Assembly (NCBI GenBank): GCA_039189765.1
Contig: JBCCYL010000012.1
Location: forward strand, 32,001 to 96,000
Length of the DNA stretch: 64,000 nt
DNA from: Cyanobacteria bacterium P01_F01_bin.150
GTDB lineage: Bacteria > Cyanobacteriota > Cyanobacteriia > CAKZMO01
Direction of reading: 5' to 3'
Positions 35,436-46,182 of this stretch are shown piece after piece. The notes under the pieces are model-generated. The model saw only the letters and a program-made list of their open reading frames with translations. It made no database searches and was not told the origin of the DNA. Made by a program: the position numbers and the translations under genes. Within the stretch, counting starts at the first letter, position 1, and each line of letters starts with the position of its first letter.

Positions 35436-38033
35436 TCAATCCACATCCACCGCATCCAGGCTGACCTCACCACGCAGATCGATTTCCTTACCCCACGTAA
35501 GCTCGATCGGGCCTAGCCTAACTTGACCGTCTCCTACTATCTCAGGGCGAATATCCACACTTAACACACGATGACGCTCACCCTCATAAATAATCACGTC
35601 TCCAACCTGGTAATAACGGTTAGGGGCAACCAACACGCCAGATCTCACTTTCACTGCCCGTGTATTAGCTATTGACGCGTCTATTTCGGCTGCTGCCAAT
35701 GCTTCTGCCCTGCTAAACGTTGATGGGAAGCTCAGAGTGCCGTCAATTGGGTCTGAGCTAGGGTCTCTGCCGGAATTGGGGGTGTTTAGCAGGATAGTTT
35801 GGCTGTCGTCCTCGTCATCAGTGTCGAGTGTTGGGGTGCCAGTCTCCTGGTATATCTCCAGCCTCTCTGCTAGCGAGGGTTTGCCAGATAGCGTTTCTGT
35901 TACGGTGCCAGTATCGAGCACGTTTTTGAGGTTTTCTCCTTGAGCGGTACGGCGGTTAGTGATTACTTTGTATTGATCGTCTTCGGAACGGTAACGCGCT
36001 TCAGGGATGCCAATGAATGGATACACGATGACGGTCTCTATTTCCTCGGTGTAGTCGATGCCCGTGCTAACGTTTAGCCCTTCTACGTCCACGCTAAAAT
36101 CAGTATTTGGCTGATTAAAACTCTGAGCCGCGATGGTTGCATTCCCATCGTCATCCACCACGATCGAATCTAAAGCTGATTTGCTGTATATGCTTTTGTG
36201 CGATCGCGTTTGTTTGCGAACATATTTGGGTATTGGATCTCCATCTGCTCTTGTTGGTAGGTTTGGATAATAGGGTTCCATCGATTCGATCTCGAAATCA
36301 GTAACATCTACCTCTGTTACTTGAAAAGAGTCGTAAAGCGTTAGAGAATCCGCGTACGATTGCCTCAGCAGGGCCTGTCTAGTTGGGTCATTAGATGTAG
36401 CAAAATTGGCAAGTGAATGGAGCCTTAGTGATTCTCTCTCCGCTGTCTCTTGTTTGAATCTCCGCTGTGTTGTGATGCGTTTTACGATTCGAATCAAGTA
36501 CCCGTCGGGGTTATACTCGTAATCTTCAAAGGAGTGATATACTTCGCCCCAGCCTTGAAGCCTATCTTGTAGTTCTGGGGCAGGGAATACAGTCCGTACA
36601 TTTGTTGTGCTGCCTGCGGTAAAAGTGCGGAACTCCACAAAGTCACTACACTTATAGCTATATCCAAAATGAGTCTCTTCTACTGATAGTGTTCGGCCAT
36701 TCTGGATAACCTCACGGCGAAACGTTTCAACCGGACCACCCTGGTCGAAGTTGGCCGTAGGCATCGATCGATCTACGTTCGCAGGAGGCGTGTAAACTAC
36801 CGTTCCACCTGATTCAGATAAGGCAGAACCGGACAGTAAGACTACAACATTGTTGACTCGCCCATTTTCGTTGTCTTGCCCTTCCTCTTCAAAGGTAAGC
36901 TCACGGTTCTTGTATTCTTCAGCTAGCTTGCAGCCGTTCCACTCAGCTCCTGACAAGTTGTAGGCAATTGTGTATGGTGTGCTGGTGCCGTTGTCATCGC
37001 CGTTCAGTATTTCGCTAGAGCTGAGATGATGAACGGCGGTATTGTTCCACTCACGGAACTCCAGTCCATCGGGGTTGCTCAGGAAGGCAAAAGCTTTTGC
37101 TGCCCGTGCTCGATTTAGCTCAGAAGACAACACAGTGGCATCGCGATCGCTTCGCCCTGCATCGATCCTGATGACCACATCTGGGCCAATAAAGTTAAAT
37201 CCAGCGCGGGCGCACAGGTTGGAAAACGCAATCCGAGTAGCGCCTTCGTTGCTGTTACTGCTAGACAGTCGGATACCAGACGACGCTGAGCCGGGCACGT
37301 TGGCGATCGCCCCACGATACAATACCTGTTCATCTAGCAGATGGTCGTGTGGACCCTGTAGCCCTACCGTAAACGTAGCTAGTCCATCAGTGTTGTGAGG
37401 GTTGCGGGAGCTAGATACCGTGGCCACGCCGTAAGCTTCACCTCGAAATTCAAAGGTCGTGCCCTCTTCTAAATCGCATGGGTCAAAATCTGCCTCAACC
37501 ATATCAAAATTCATCGAGCCAGTGGGAGACTGGCCAAGGCTATGGCTAAGCGTCACTACTCCATTGAGATTTAGCGTTTTCCACAACTGTGGAATTTCGC
37601 CTCGGTAGACATTAGAGTAGGTTACAGATTTGCCCTTCAGCAGAGCCGTGTAGCGAATTGACTCTCCTGGCTGCGGTGGTGAGCTTGTGCCGGGATAGAT
37701 TGTGAGAACTTGAGTTGCAGCATCAAACGTAAAATGCCCTGGATGCCCCGCCCCCAGGGCATCCAGGGCATAGATAGCGCCGCCAATCGATAAGCGACTG
37801 ATGCCTTCTATAGTAAATCCTTCAGCAGTAACTGGCAACGTTACGGAAATTTCCTCAGAATATGTCGGTACGCTGACAATGCCCTGTTCCTCTGTATCAG
37901 GATTCTCTAACTCCTGATATGCCGTACCCACCCCGCCGCCTTCCGCAGGGCCAACGACAATATTCAGTGGAGATCCGTACCCTGTAGACAACGATGCAGC
38001 GAACCCGATGCCAGTAGGGATAGTGAATGACAT
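35436..38033 (-). CDS. Tail/baseplate hub-like structural protein
   Basis: 865 aa, acidic; C-terminal YQVGDVIIYEG..RVLSV beta-barrel pattern. Confidence 0.7.
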   Translation of the reverse strand: MSFTIPTGIGFAASLSTGYGSPLNIVVGPAEGGGVGTAYQELENPDTEEQGIVSVPTYSEEISVTLPVTAEGFTIEGISRLSIGGAIYALDALGAGHPGHFTFDAATQVLTIYPGTSSPPQPGESIRYTALLKGKSVTYSNVYRGEIPQLWKTLNLNGVVTLSHSLGQSPTGSMNFDMVEADFDPCDLEEGTTFEFRGEAYGVATVSSSRNPHNTDGLATFTVGLQGPHDHLLDEQVLYRGAIANVPGSASSGIRLSSSNSNEGATRIAFSNLCARAGFNFIGPDVVIRIDAGRSDRDATVLSSELNRARAAKAFAFLSNPDGLEFREWNNTAVHHLSSSEILNGDDNGTSTPYTIAYNLSGAEWNGCKLAEEYKNRELTFEEEGQDNENGRVNNVVVLLSGSALSESGGTVVYTPPANVDRSMPTANFDQGGPVETFRREVIQNGRTLSVEETHFGYSYKCSDFVEFRTFTAGSTTNVRTVFPAPELQDRLQGWGEVYHSFEDYEYNPDGYLIRIVKRITTQRRFKQETAERESLRLHSLANFATSNDPTRQALLRQSYADSLTLYDSFQVTEVDVTDFEIESMEPYYPNLPTRADGDPIPKYVRKQTRSHKSIYSKSALDSIVVDDDGNATIAAQSFNQPNTDFSVDVEGLNVSTGIDYTEEIETVIVYPFIGIPEARYRSEDDQYKVITNRRTAQGENLKNVLDTGTVTETLSGKPSLAERLEIYQETGTPTLDTDDEDDSQTILLNTPNSGRDPSSDPIDGTLSFPSTFSRAEALAAAEIDASIANTRAVKVRSGVLVAPNRYYQVGDVIIYEGERHRVLSVDIRPEIVGDGQVRLGPIELTWGKEIDLRGEVSLDAVDVD

Positions 38034-38116
38034 ATCAGTAGTGGGATTAGGGAAAGTCGCAAATACACAGTTGAGGAGGTGGCATGACGACCACTAAGAG
38101 TGCGACTGCCTGGACT

Positions 38117-38122
38117 ATTCCC
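38117..38122 (-). promoter_or_regulatory. Putative late promoter core
   Basis: GGGAATAGT 83 nt upstream of ATG. Confidence 0.45.
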
Positions 38123-38200
38123 AAATATGTACAAATGAATAGATGTACAGCCTTTCATGCATTATGCTAGAGGCATACAGCCACGTATCCTCAGTAACGC

Positions 38201-38977
38201 ATGAAAGACTTGACTAAAGCCGATCGCAATCGACGGATTGTGGTGGCTACTCTTAATTATTTCCATCAATGGATAAAAAGAGGTCGTAAAGATGATGATC
38301 CACTTAGGCGGAGGATAATCGAAGAAAACATTGGCTTAGCAGGAAAAGCCGCAACCAAGTTATGCAGAGTCTCTCCTGTCCCCAAAGAGGACTTGTATCA
38401 GGTTGCTGTCATCGGTCTTGACAAGGCGGTTCGACGGTTTGACCCAACAAAGGGAACCTCTTTTAGCCACTTTTCTAAGACATATACTGAAGGCGCAATT
38501 AAGCAATATTTGAGGGACAAAGAAGGGGTGTTGGTCCGTACGCCGCGCAAAAATACAGACGAGATCACCACTCTTCCAAGTAAAGTAAAACGATTTAACA
38601 AGGCTCATAAAACTAGCGTTCATGTTGATGAGGAAGGCATGGCTAACCTGAGGGGCTATTCATCTGAAGAGTACCGAGAGATGAGTCAGTCTACCCACAG
38701 ATCATCTATTGGATCGCTCGATGCATTTGAAAATTTTGAGGTGAGCTACGATGCCCCTAACTATTTAGAGGAAGCAGAGTATAGACAGCAGATGAGCAAT
38801 GCGGTTCAATGGCATTTGTCTCAATTGGGCCACACTGGCAGGCTCATTCAAGAGCATTACCATCCTGATTTCGACCTATCCATCAGTGCCATTGCCAGCC
38901 GCCACAAACTTAAGCCGACTGAAGTTGAACAGAGGATAAAGGCTGGTTTGCAACAAATTAGGGAGGCGATCGCATAA
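38201..38977 (+). CDS. Phage sigma-70 family (SigF/SigB-like) sigma factor
   Basis: IEENIGLA...EDLYQVAVIGLDKAVRRFDPTKGTSFS...GAIKQYLRDK; C-terminal HTH. Confidence 0.9.
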   Translation: MKDLTKADRNRRIVVATLNYFHQWIKRGRKDDDPLRRRIIEENIGLAGKAATKLCRVSPVPKEDLYQVAVIGLDKAVRRFDPTKGTSFSHFSKTYTEGAIKQYLRDKEGVLVRTPRKNTDEITTLPSKVKRFNKAHKTSVHVDEEGMANLRGYSSEEYREMSQSTHRSSIGSLDAFENFEVSYDAPNYLEEAEYRQQMSNAVQWHLSQLGHTGRLIQEHYHPDFDLSISAIASRHKLKPTEVEQRIKAGLQQIREAIA

Positions 38978-39735
38978 TGACAAATTATGTTGTTGAAACA
39001 CCTTCTTTTACTCTTTCAGACCAAGAGCGATCACGACTTGATTTGTTGGAGGCGATGGTGGTTGAGTCTAGTCATAAGTTAGGCGCAGCTCTGTTCACCA
39101 TCCACAATGAAAAACTGTATCGAGAATACGGAACATGGGAGAGTTACTGTCTGCAACGGTTTAAATTTAGTCGATTCACCGTTGATAGACATCTTAGCGC
39201 ATACAAGGAAGCTCAACTGCTTAGCAACTTTACAAAGCACACCGATGTGCAAGATAAAGTTGACCAGTTAGACCAAAAAAGTTTGTTAGCCAGCAAGAAT
39301 TCAGGTCTAACTAGGGAGCAAAAAGAAAACGCTTTACTTGGCTCTGTTGGCCCCGATGGCAATGTTAACAACCAGGGTTTTCGAGATGGGCTAGATCAGC
39401 AGCGAAATCCTCAGGACTTGCAGAAGCTTGACAGAGTAAGGGTGCGAAGCGCCCACAATGTGATTGAAAGATATCGAGGGCGGCAGGGCTATATTAAAAG
39501 CATCTCTGGCAATGCATACACTGTAGTGCTTGACCCTACTGAATCAGAAGGTTCAGACACTGTAGTATTTATCGAGAGTGAGCTAGAGCTAATTAGCCGT
39601 GCTGACCCTGCATCTACCCCTAAGCGACCATCACAATCAGAAATGCTGGCCACGGCGATCGCACTACTCCAACGGGTGCGGGATGAAGGGGTGAGTGGTG
39701 TGTGTGAGGATATAGGTGAGTTTTTAAGGGGGTGA
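38977..39735 (+). CDS. Hypothetical DNA-binding protein with SH3/KOW-like domain
   Basis: GAALFTIHNEKLYRE.GTWESYC..RF motif; DRVRV...GYIKSI. Confidence 0.65.
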   Translation: MTNYVVETPSFTLSDQERSRLDLLEAMVVESSHKLGAALFTIHNEKLYREYGTWESYCLQRFKFSRFTVDRHLSAYKEAQLLSNFTKHTDVQDKVDQLDQKSLLASKNSGLTREQKENALLGSVGPDGNVNNQGFRDGLDQQRNPQDLQKLDRVRVRSAHNVIERYRGRQGYIKSISGNAYTVVLDPTESEGSDTVVFIESELELISRADPASTPKRPSQSEMLATAIALLQRVRDEGVSGVCEDIGEFLRG

Positions 39736-39736
39736 G

Positions 39737-40177
39737 GTGATGAGCTTAGATGTATATCTGTCCAGAGAGGTTTCTGTTCCGCTGAGTGACGTGAAGATAA
39801 CAGTAGAGGGTGGATTAACTCTGAGTGTAGACGAATTCAATAAGCGCTACAAGGACCATTCGATCCAGGGTGTCAGCATATTAAATGAAGAAGAAGTATT
39901 CTGGCGCAACATCACACATAACTTGAATGCGATGGCTAAGGCAGCGGGATTGTATCAGTGCATGTGGTGCCCTGAGGACGTAGGGATAAAATATGCCCGT
40001 GACTTGATTGAGCCATTGACTAATGGTCTGAAAAATTTAACATGTGAGCCGTCTCGATTCACCATCTACAATCCCTCAAATGGGTGGGGTGAATACGGCG
40101 ATCTAGTCAACTTTGCCCATGCATATTTGGAGGCTTGCAAAAAATATCCAGATAGCGTTATCAGTGTGTCCAGATAA
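39737..40177 (+). CDS. Conserved phage hypothetical protein
   Basis: MSLDVYL...NITHNLNAMA...NPSNGWGEY. Confidence 0.75.
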   Translation: MMSLDVYLSREVSVPLSDVKITVEGGLTLSVDEFNKRYKDHSIQGVSILNEEEVFWRNITHNLNAMAKAAGLYQCMWCPEDVGIKYARDLIEPLTNGLKNLTCEPSRFTIYNPSNGWGEYGDLVNFAHAYLEACKKYPDSVISVSR

Positions 40178-40203
40178 AGCAATTGTTTATAGAGGAATGA
40201 CTC

Positions 40204-40497
40204 ATGACTGAACAGAATCAAGATATTCGCGTTGAAGCCCGTACTGCATCAGATCTGTGCAAAGAGATTCTGGAGTTAGACGGAAAAAGGAAGTCTTTAA
40301 GCCAGATGCTGAGTGAAGCTGACAAGCAATTAGAGCGGTTGTTTAAGCAATTGAGAAATGAGTATATCAATGATGACCATGAGATGGCACCTACTCTCGT
40401 AGAAGTTGATGGAGAAGAATACATCCTACTCAGAGAATCGGCAGGCCAAACACCTAACATTATCAACACTAAAGCACTTCGAAGGTTAGACTCATGA
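40204..40497 (+). CDS. Small coiled-coil protein
   Basis: GAGG RBS; operon position. Confidence 0.6.
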   Translation: MTEQNQDIRVEARTASDLCKEILELDGKRKSLSQMLSEADKQLERLFKQLRNEYINDDHEMAPTLVEVDGEEYILLRESAGQTPNIINTKALRRLDS

Positions 40498-40730
40498 CCA
40501 TTCCAACACCCGCACTAGAAATAACCATATCAGCTCCCGCTGACACAACCGACGAGCAACTGAAGGCGATCGCCCGGCAAGCTGCATTCTGCTCCGATTT
40601 GCTACACCGCTCATACGGCGGCAATGGGTTGCAAGTTGAAAAGGTAGAAGCGCTAGACCCAGATGACGATGTGGCGCAGTGGTTAGATATGTTGTTGGAG
40701 GAGGATCCGTATTTCAATGCCACACCTTAA
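40494..40730 (+). CDS. Hypothetical protein
   Basis: ATGA coupling. Confidence 0.55.
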   Translation: MTIPTPALEITISAPADTTDEQLKAIARQAAFCSDLLHRSYGGNGLQVEKVEALDPDDDVAQWLDMLLEEDPYFNATP

Positions 40731-41022
40731 ATTGAATTTGTTTCATCTCCAATACAACGGCCCCATTGAGTACGGCACACCGCTGCACTTTTCGGGGACG
40801 TGGGAGGAATTACAATGTCTTGATGTGCTGCCAGGATACGAGACTGAAAAGCGACTACTGATTGACGGGAGTAGCGATCGTGCATTCTGGTGCAATACCC
40901 CACACGATGATGTCGAATTTCGATATGAAGATATGATTGCTCGTGCTCGATACGTGAGAAAGTGCGTTCCACAGCCTCACCCAGTTGTGATGATATTGCC
41001 GGATGTCTTTAGGTCTATCTAG
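40717..41022 (+). CDS. Hypothetical protein
   Basis: GGAGG RBS; operon end. Confidence 0.5.
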   Translation: MPHLKLNLFHLQYNGPIEYGTPLHFSGTWEELQCLDVLPGYETEKRLLIDGSSDRAFWCNTPHDDVEFRYEDMIARARYVRKCVPQPHPVVMILPDVFRSI

Positions 41023-41063
41023 ATTAGGATATTCTTGGTCACTCAGCGGTATCGGCAATTTCA

Positions 41064-41357
41064 TCAATCTAAATCCTCCAAATAACGCCCAAATTTTTCT
41101 CTCATCTCCCGAAACGCAGCCACTAGCCCCACTGGCTCATAGTTCACAACCGCATCCACAACGAACGACACTATCGCCCCTTCCTCATCCCATTCTGCCA
41201 CGCCAGAGAGTGCTACTTCTTGGCGCAGCTTTGCCGTGAGTTGTTGGGCGATTCCACCATTTGCGGTGATGGCGATCACGTCCCCTGAGTGCAGCTTTAG
41301 CTCAGTGGGAGTTGTCAGGGTGCCGTATAGAGTAGTGGTGCCGATGAGGTGGGTCAT
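41064..41357 (-). CDS. Hypothetical protein
   Basis: 97-aa ORF. Confidence 0.55.
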   Translation of the reverse strand: MTHLIGTTTLYGTLTTPTELKLHSGDVIAITANGGIAQQLTAKLRQEVALSGVAEWDEEGAIVSFVVDAVVNYEPVGLVAAFREMREKFGRYLEDLD

Positions 41358-41438
41358 TACTTGGGTCTTGTTGGGTGTAAATAATTCTCCGACTTGAAAT
41401 CGGAGAATTCCAAATGCTTGCCAATCAATGAATAGAGG

Positions 41439-42206
41439 CTATGCTGCTCCTTCTGCGTGTCCATGATGTGTGCTGTGACATTGACGACACAATACTGTTA
41501 AGTCTGATAGCGCTTCATCTCCTCTTCGCTCATAAGTGCGATGATGAACGTCTAAAATGCCTTTGGAGTTACAAACCTGGCAAGCATATCCAGCGCGTTT
41601 TAATGCTACTTGCCTAATGGATTGCCAATGATCAGTTTTGAGATATTCGCAATAAGGCATTGTCCGAAGACGATCGCGCTTTGCCTGTTCTTCCGCATCT
41701 TTGCGCCTCCATTCTTTATGCATAGCCTCTTTTTCGGATATTTCTTTGGCCTTTTGTTTCTCCTGGCAGCGAGGACACATGAACTCTGTCTTGCTGTCAC
41801 GCCAACAAGTTTGAGATTGAAGCTTTGACTGCAACGCTGAACGATTAGCGCGGCTAGTAACTTCTATCAAAAATTCGTTGGCGTGACAGCAAATGCACTT
41901 CCCTCTTAGATTCGCAGGCCCAACAACCTTATAAAGCATGCAAGTTGGTATGCCAAGAATACCAGCAATTGCCGGAGTATTAATGGATGGATGGTGCCAA
42001 TAAAGATTTCTTGCTATTTCTAAGCGTTCATCTTCGTCTGTAATATCAAGGTTGTCGATCCAATAGTTCTTTATCTGTCCTTTTATCTGCTTGAGGTTTT
42101 CCTCTAATTGCTCTTGCTGTTCAATTAGTTCCAGAAATGATTTAGCCAATTCATCTGTAGCGGTTGCATCTTGAGAAATGCCTTGATGTTTTTGATTGTG
42201 TGTCAT
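41439..42206 (-). CDS. HNH endonuclease with zinc fingers
   Basis: YCEYLKTDHW...CQVC...DVHHRTY...LTVLCRQCHSTHH. Confidence 0.88.
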   Translation of the reverse strand: MTHNQKHQGISQDATATDELAKSFLELIEQQEQLEENLKQIKGQIKNYWIDNLDITDEDERLEIARNLYWHHPSINTPAIAGILGIPTCMLYKVVGPANLRGKCICCHANEFLIEVTSRANRSALQSKLQSQTCWRDSKTEFMCPRCQEKQKAKEISEKEAMHKEWRRKDAEEQAKRDRLRTMPYCEYLKTDHWQSIRQVALKRAGYACQVCNSKGILDVHHRTYERRGDEALSDLTVLCRQCHSTHHGHAEGAA

Positions 42207-42346
42207 AATTTAATTAAGTTGAATTTAGTTTTTACCTTTAACTAAGTTGATGAACCGCCTACGAATGAAATTCATGGCGGTTTTTCCATATCTATTTTAT
42301 CTCATCCCACTGGCCATAACCCGCTTCAGCCAACAACTTAAGCCCT

Positions 42347-42604
42347 ATGCAACTATCCGTAAACTTAGAGCCAGATCTGTACAATGACACCGCTTATCAA
42401 GCATTCCTCGAAGACCTGGCCACCAATCCCCCACCCATCAAGACAGCATCGGTGAAGCGGTGGAAGGGACACGCGGAGAAGCCATGTGAAAACCCCGCCC
42501 TCTATTTTGTCGAGGTACGGGGCATGAGGGGGCGATCGGGTTATATGCGGTGCCGTCAATGTGGGATGTTTGACGGCTGGGTGGATTGCAATTCGCCTCA
42601 GTGA
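42347..42604 (+). CDS. Small zinc-ribbon protein
   Basis: H...C...CRQC. Confidence 0.5.
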   Translation: MQLSVNLEPDLYNDTAYQAFLEDLATNPPPIKTASVKRWKGHAEKPCENPALYFVEVRGMRGRSGYMRCRQCGMFDGWVDCNSPQ

Positions 42605-42631
42605 GTTTCAATTTTGGGGCTGATTTTGAGA

Positions 42632-42949
42632 TTAGAGGAGATTAGGTGGGTCCGAGTGCAACATAGCCGCGCCCCACACTGCTTTTGAATACCCTAAATT
42701 GTATTGCCCTTCAGCCCAGTGAGCTAAGGAGCTATTGCAATCTGGGCAATATTCTTCGTATTCGACTACTACTCCGGAAATCTGTACCTGGTTGCGAGTA
42801 CTAATTGCGTCTTTAGAGAAGCATTTGCAGCAACGCTTAGCCATACCGTTGCTGTAATAGAAATCGGTAAAATTCACAGTTCCGCCAAACTCCTCCACAG
42901 CTCTTCTTTTTCTTCCATCAAATCGTCTAGTATCTCCAGTTCCACACAA
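42632..42949 (-). CDS. Small Cys-rich protein
   Basis: CCKC...CPDC; start uncertain. Confidence 0.5.
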   Translation of the reverse strand: MCGTGDTRRFDGRKRRAVEEFGGTVNFTDFYYSNGMAKRCCKCFSKDAISTRNQVQISGVVVEYEEYCPDCNSSLAHWAEGQYNLGYSKAVWGAAMLHSDPPNLL

Positions 42950-43503
42950 GGAAACTGAATGAAATCTTTAGCCCAATGGAAACGACATCCAAACCGTTCT
43001 GCCATTTCTTCATCAGAATCGCGATCGCCAACGTACAGCACTTGTTCAGGGTTAAGCACATCATACTCATCTAGCGAATCAATGTCTTGACCCCAGCATG
43101 CATGATTGTTGTAGGCGTATAGGGCAACATCAGCCATGCCGAAATTAGGCTTACGATAACCTTGGCTGCTCCAATATTTAGGGTTGCAACCTCCATCAGT
43201 GCGGTTTTCTTGCGCAACTCTAGACCAAAGCATCCACCATGGACGCCTAACGTGAACTATATCGTTGCCCGTCTCATCAATATTTGGGCAAAAGTACACA
43301 TCATCAATGGGTGGACATATCCTCAGCAAATACCTCATCTCTGCAATTTTCTGACGGACAGTACTGTGCGGCTTGCCTGTCTCAGGGTTGATCGCCTCAC
43401 AGCCCCCTTGATTAGATATGGCGCTAATTCGGCAGCCACGGTGTTTGTATTCCGTCAGCCTCTCAAGAGCACCATCAATAAGGCGCTGGTCTTGGGGCGA
43501 ATT
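42874..43503 (-). pseudogene. HAD-IIIA phosphatase, 5'-truncated
   Basis: Frame open to 43512: NSPQDQRLIDG...ISNQGG...YFCP...YRKPNFGM...YVGDR; no start codon and no DxDGT motif I. Confidence 0.7.
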
Positions 43504-44479
43504 GGGGCATGGTCATTTCTTGAAGTGGGTTGAGCTTGAATTTAAGTGGTCGGGACGTCAAGCACAAAGATTGATGGTGATTGGCACTGAGTTTTCAAAT
43601 GTGACTGATCAGTCACATTTGCCGACGGGGACTAATCCCGCCTATGCTCTTGCATCAGCTTTGTCTAAACAGGATGAAGAAGATAAAGCTGAGTTGCTCG
43701 GCCATTATCAGCAAGCTTTGTCTGCAAAACAAGTAAGTGCAGTCGCTGATAATAGAGTACGGGCTTCCAATGGCCAAAAACCAAAGTCTATTCCTCAATC
43801 TTTAACCGAGTCTGAGATAAAAGCTTTAGTTGCTGAACGAGATCGGCTAAAACAGGAGGTTGAAGAAGCAAAGCGACAAGCCGACACCCAAGCCCTAGAT
43901 GAGGCGGAAATGGCTGAATTCTTGAGGCAAGAGATTGAAGCTGATTCCCGCAAGGAAATCGACGCGCTGGAAGACCAGATTAGAGGTGAAGCGGAGAAGG
44001 TTATTTTAGCCAAAGATCGGGAGCTGAAGAAAAAAGAAGCGGAGGTAAAAGCCGCAAATCTTGAACTTCTCCAGTTCAAGCGGAATCCCGACCCAAAAAC
44101 GAAGCAAAAAATCGATGATCTCTTAACCAAAATGGTTTCCTTGCGAGAGGATGAGTCGGCATTGGCCATTGAACTAAAGCAGCTAAAGGAGAAGCTAGAT
44201 AAGGGGCGTGATGCCGCATATTCGGTTTCATTGCTGGCTGAGTCTGTAAAACAGGCTATTGCAGAGCATCATGGGGCGATCGCCAAATTAAATAACCCAA
44301 GCATCCCCCAGATGTCCCTTGACCAAGCTGAAGAACTAGCGAATCTACTCGATGACACTTCTGCCAGGATCAAGGAGAAATTACGCATGGCTCCTATTGT
44401 TGCTGCGGGAGTTGATATCTCCAAGCTGTTAAACGATAGAGAAGGATCTCAAACTGTTATTGACATTCAGGCTTCATGA
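43499..44479 (+). pseudogene. DUF3102 coiled-coil protein, apparently 5'-truncated
   Basis: ELGHGHFLKWVELEFKWSGRQAQRLM; the upstream ORF-track portion is antisense HAD sequence. Confidence 0.6.
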
Positions 44480-44512
44480 TCGCTCGCCAAAAGTTGATAG
44501 GCGATTGATTTC

Positions 44513-44547
44513 GGGTGAAGTTGTCCAAAAAGCATACAACTTCACCC
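44513..44547. repeat. 12-bp inverted repeat
   Basis: GGGTGAAGTTGT-N11-ACAACTTCACCC. Confidence 0.6.
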
Positions 44548-44578
44548 TTGTTCATCTATTTAATGTGGGCAAAGCATT

Positions 44579-45283
44579 ATGAGAAAAGAAATTACTGCAG
44601 AACGAATATTAGAGGCCAGAGAACGGATTGGCGATGTTAACGATCGTCGATTTGAGGGCATCTACGCATTAATGTTGCAATGTGGGTTGGTTGGCTTCAG
44701 AATGGCCGTAAACCAAGCTGTTGGAGGTCAGGGCGAGCTCATACAAAATGACTCTGCAAAGATCTGGCTAGAGGCTCGATACCACGACATTCCATTAAGT
44801 CAAATATCATTTAAGGAGGTACAAGCCGAATGGCATCGCGGCCTTAACAATCGTCACAAATGGTACCGATGGCTAGACAAAATACAATTGCATCATGACA
44901 TTTCTGGACTGGTGCCTTTCACCGTGGAGTTCCAAGGACGGACGCTAGAAACGCTGGAACAGCATGAATGGCTTGAGCGGACCAGCGACGACAGTCAAAA
45001 GCTAAGAGACGAGAAGCGTAAGGTCGTGCATTTTTTTACAGACTCAGCGCATTTGAATCCAGGGTGGCACTTGATGACTGACGAAGGATCAAACGCACAG
45101 CCTGCAACTCTTGACCAAATCGCGATCGCTGCCAATTTTTACGAATTCGCTGATTGTTCGAATTGGATGAATAGCGACCAGTTGCATCTACGGCTATACA
45201 CCCCAGAATCTGATCGGCAGGGCTGTCAAATGCGATGCCCTCACGATGGGTTTGTGCTGTACAAAGATGTTTATTACATGTAG
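44579..45283 (+). CDS. Hypothetical protein
   Basis: 234 aa; HDISGL motif shared with next gene. Confidence 0.65.
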   Translation: MRKEITAERILEARERIGDVNDRRFEGIYALMLQCGLVGFRMAVNQAVGGQGELIQNDSAKIWLEARYHDIPLSQISFKEVQAEWHRGLNNRHKWYRWLDKIQLHHDISGLVPFTVEFQGRTLETLEQHEWLERTSDDSQKLRDEKRKVVHFFTDSAHLNPGWHLMTDEGSNAQPATLDQIAIAANFYEFADCSNWMNSDQLHLRLYTPESDRQGCQMRCPHDGFVLYKDVYYM

Positions 45284-45368
45284 CCTCATGTAACTAAAAA
45301 CAACTCAAGAATTAATCGCCATTCTCAGGGGTGAAAGAAACGCCTTTGTTCGTGGTGACAAAAACATC

Positions 45369-45926
45369 ATGGCCCCGTGGTCGAAAGATGTGGAGTCCGC
45401 TGTAGAGAGAATGGCAGCGGGGACTCTTGCCGGATTTATTGGAGTACAGGGTGCGTGGAATGTTTGCGGATACCACGACATACGAGATCAAATTCAAGCG
45501 TATCAACGAGAACACAATATATCGGGTCTTATCCAAAAGGAGATATCACTGGCTGGCAAAACTATCATTGTTCACGGTCCGGATGACCAACTGATACTGA
45601 CAGAAGACGATGTTGCCATTCTCAAGCGAGAGTGCAAGCGTAATCTTCAATTTTTCTGCCGTTATGCAGTCAAGACGGATCAAGGTATTGCTTACGAAAT
45701 CTACGATGAGAAAAACGGCGGCGAATACCCTGTTAAGCTCACAATGCGCTCATTCCGTGAAATGGCTATGTGGATGGATTGGGCAATTCTCAGCATCGGC
45801 AGGACTATAACTATCAAAGATGAGAGTCCACATTTAAACATTCAGATAGGGTATGGGGATTATCATAAAGCGCCCTACAAGGATAAAAGTTCTAATATCT
45901 GGCTTTTCGAGATCCCGATACTCTGA
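45369..45926 (+). CDS. Hypothetical protein, paralogue of 44579..45283
   Basis: HNISGL motif. Confidence 0.6.
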   Translation: MAPWSKDVESAVERMAAGTLAGFIGVQGAWNVCGYHDIRDQIQAYQREHNISGLIQKEISLAGKTIIVHGPDDQLILTEDDVAILKRECKRNLQFFCRYAVKTDQGIAYEIYDEKNGGEYPVKLTMRSFREMAMWMDWAILSIGRTITIKDESPHLNIQIGYGDYHKAPYKDKSSNIWLFEIPIL

Positions 45927-46182
45927 CAACACAAGGGGAGAACTGGAAGCTATGCCAGTCATGGCTAGTGACAAAGTGTCACTAGCCCCTAACCCACCTT
46001 ACTCCCACGCCTCACGGTAACGTTAACGGACGATCCACATTGCGCGTACCGTCCGGACACTTCCCTCAATCCTTACGCCTCCCTCTCGCTGCCATGAAAA
46101 TCCCGTGATATTCGGGTGTGCTGATCTGCCCCTGGCGTTCTGAGTGAATGCTGGGGGCAGATTTTTATTGAGAGAGGCTCCC

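Noticed and set aside
38084..38170. 28-aa leader ORF with GAGGAGG before the sigma gene
   Set aside because: No supporting motif, and it overlaps the opposite-strand promoter/UTR; cannot be supported.
43418..43498. ORF-track start of 43418..44479
   Set aside because: The first 27 codons are the antisense of the HAD phosphatase coding sequence.
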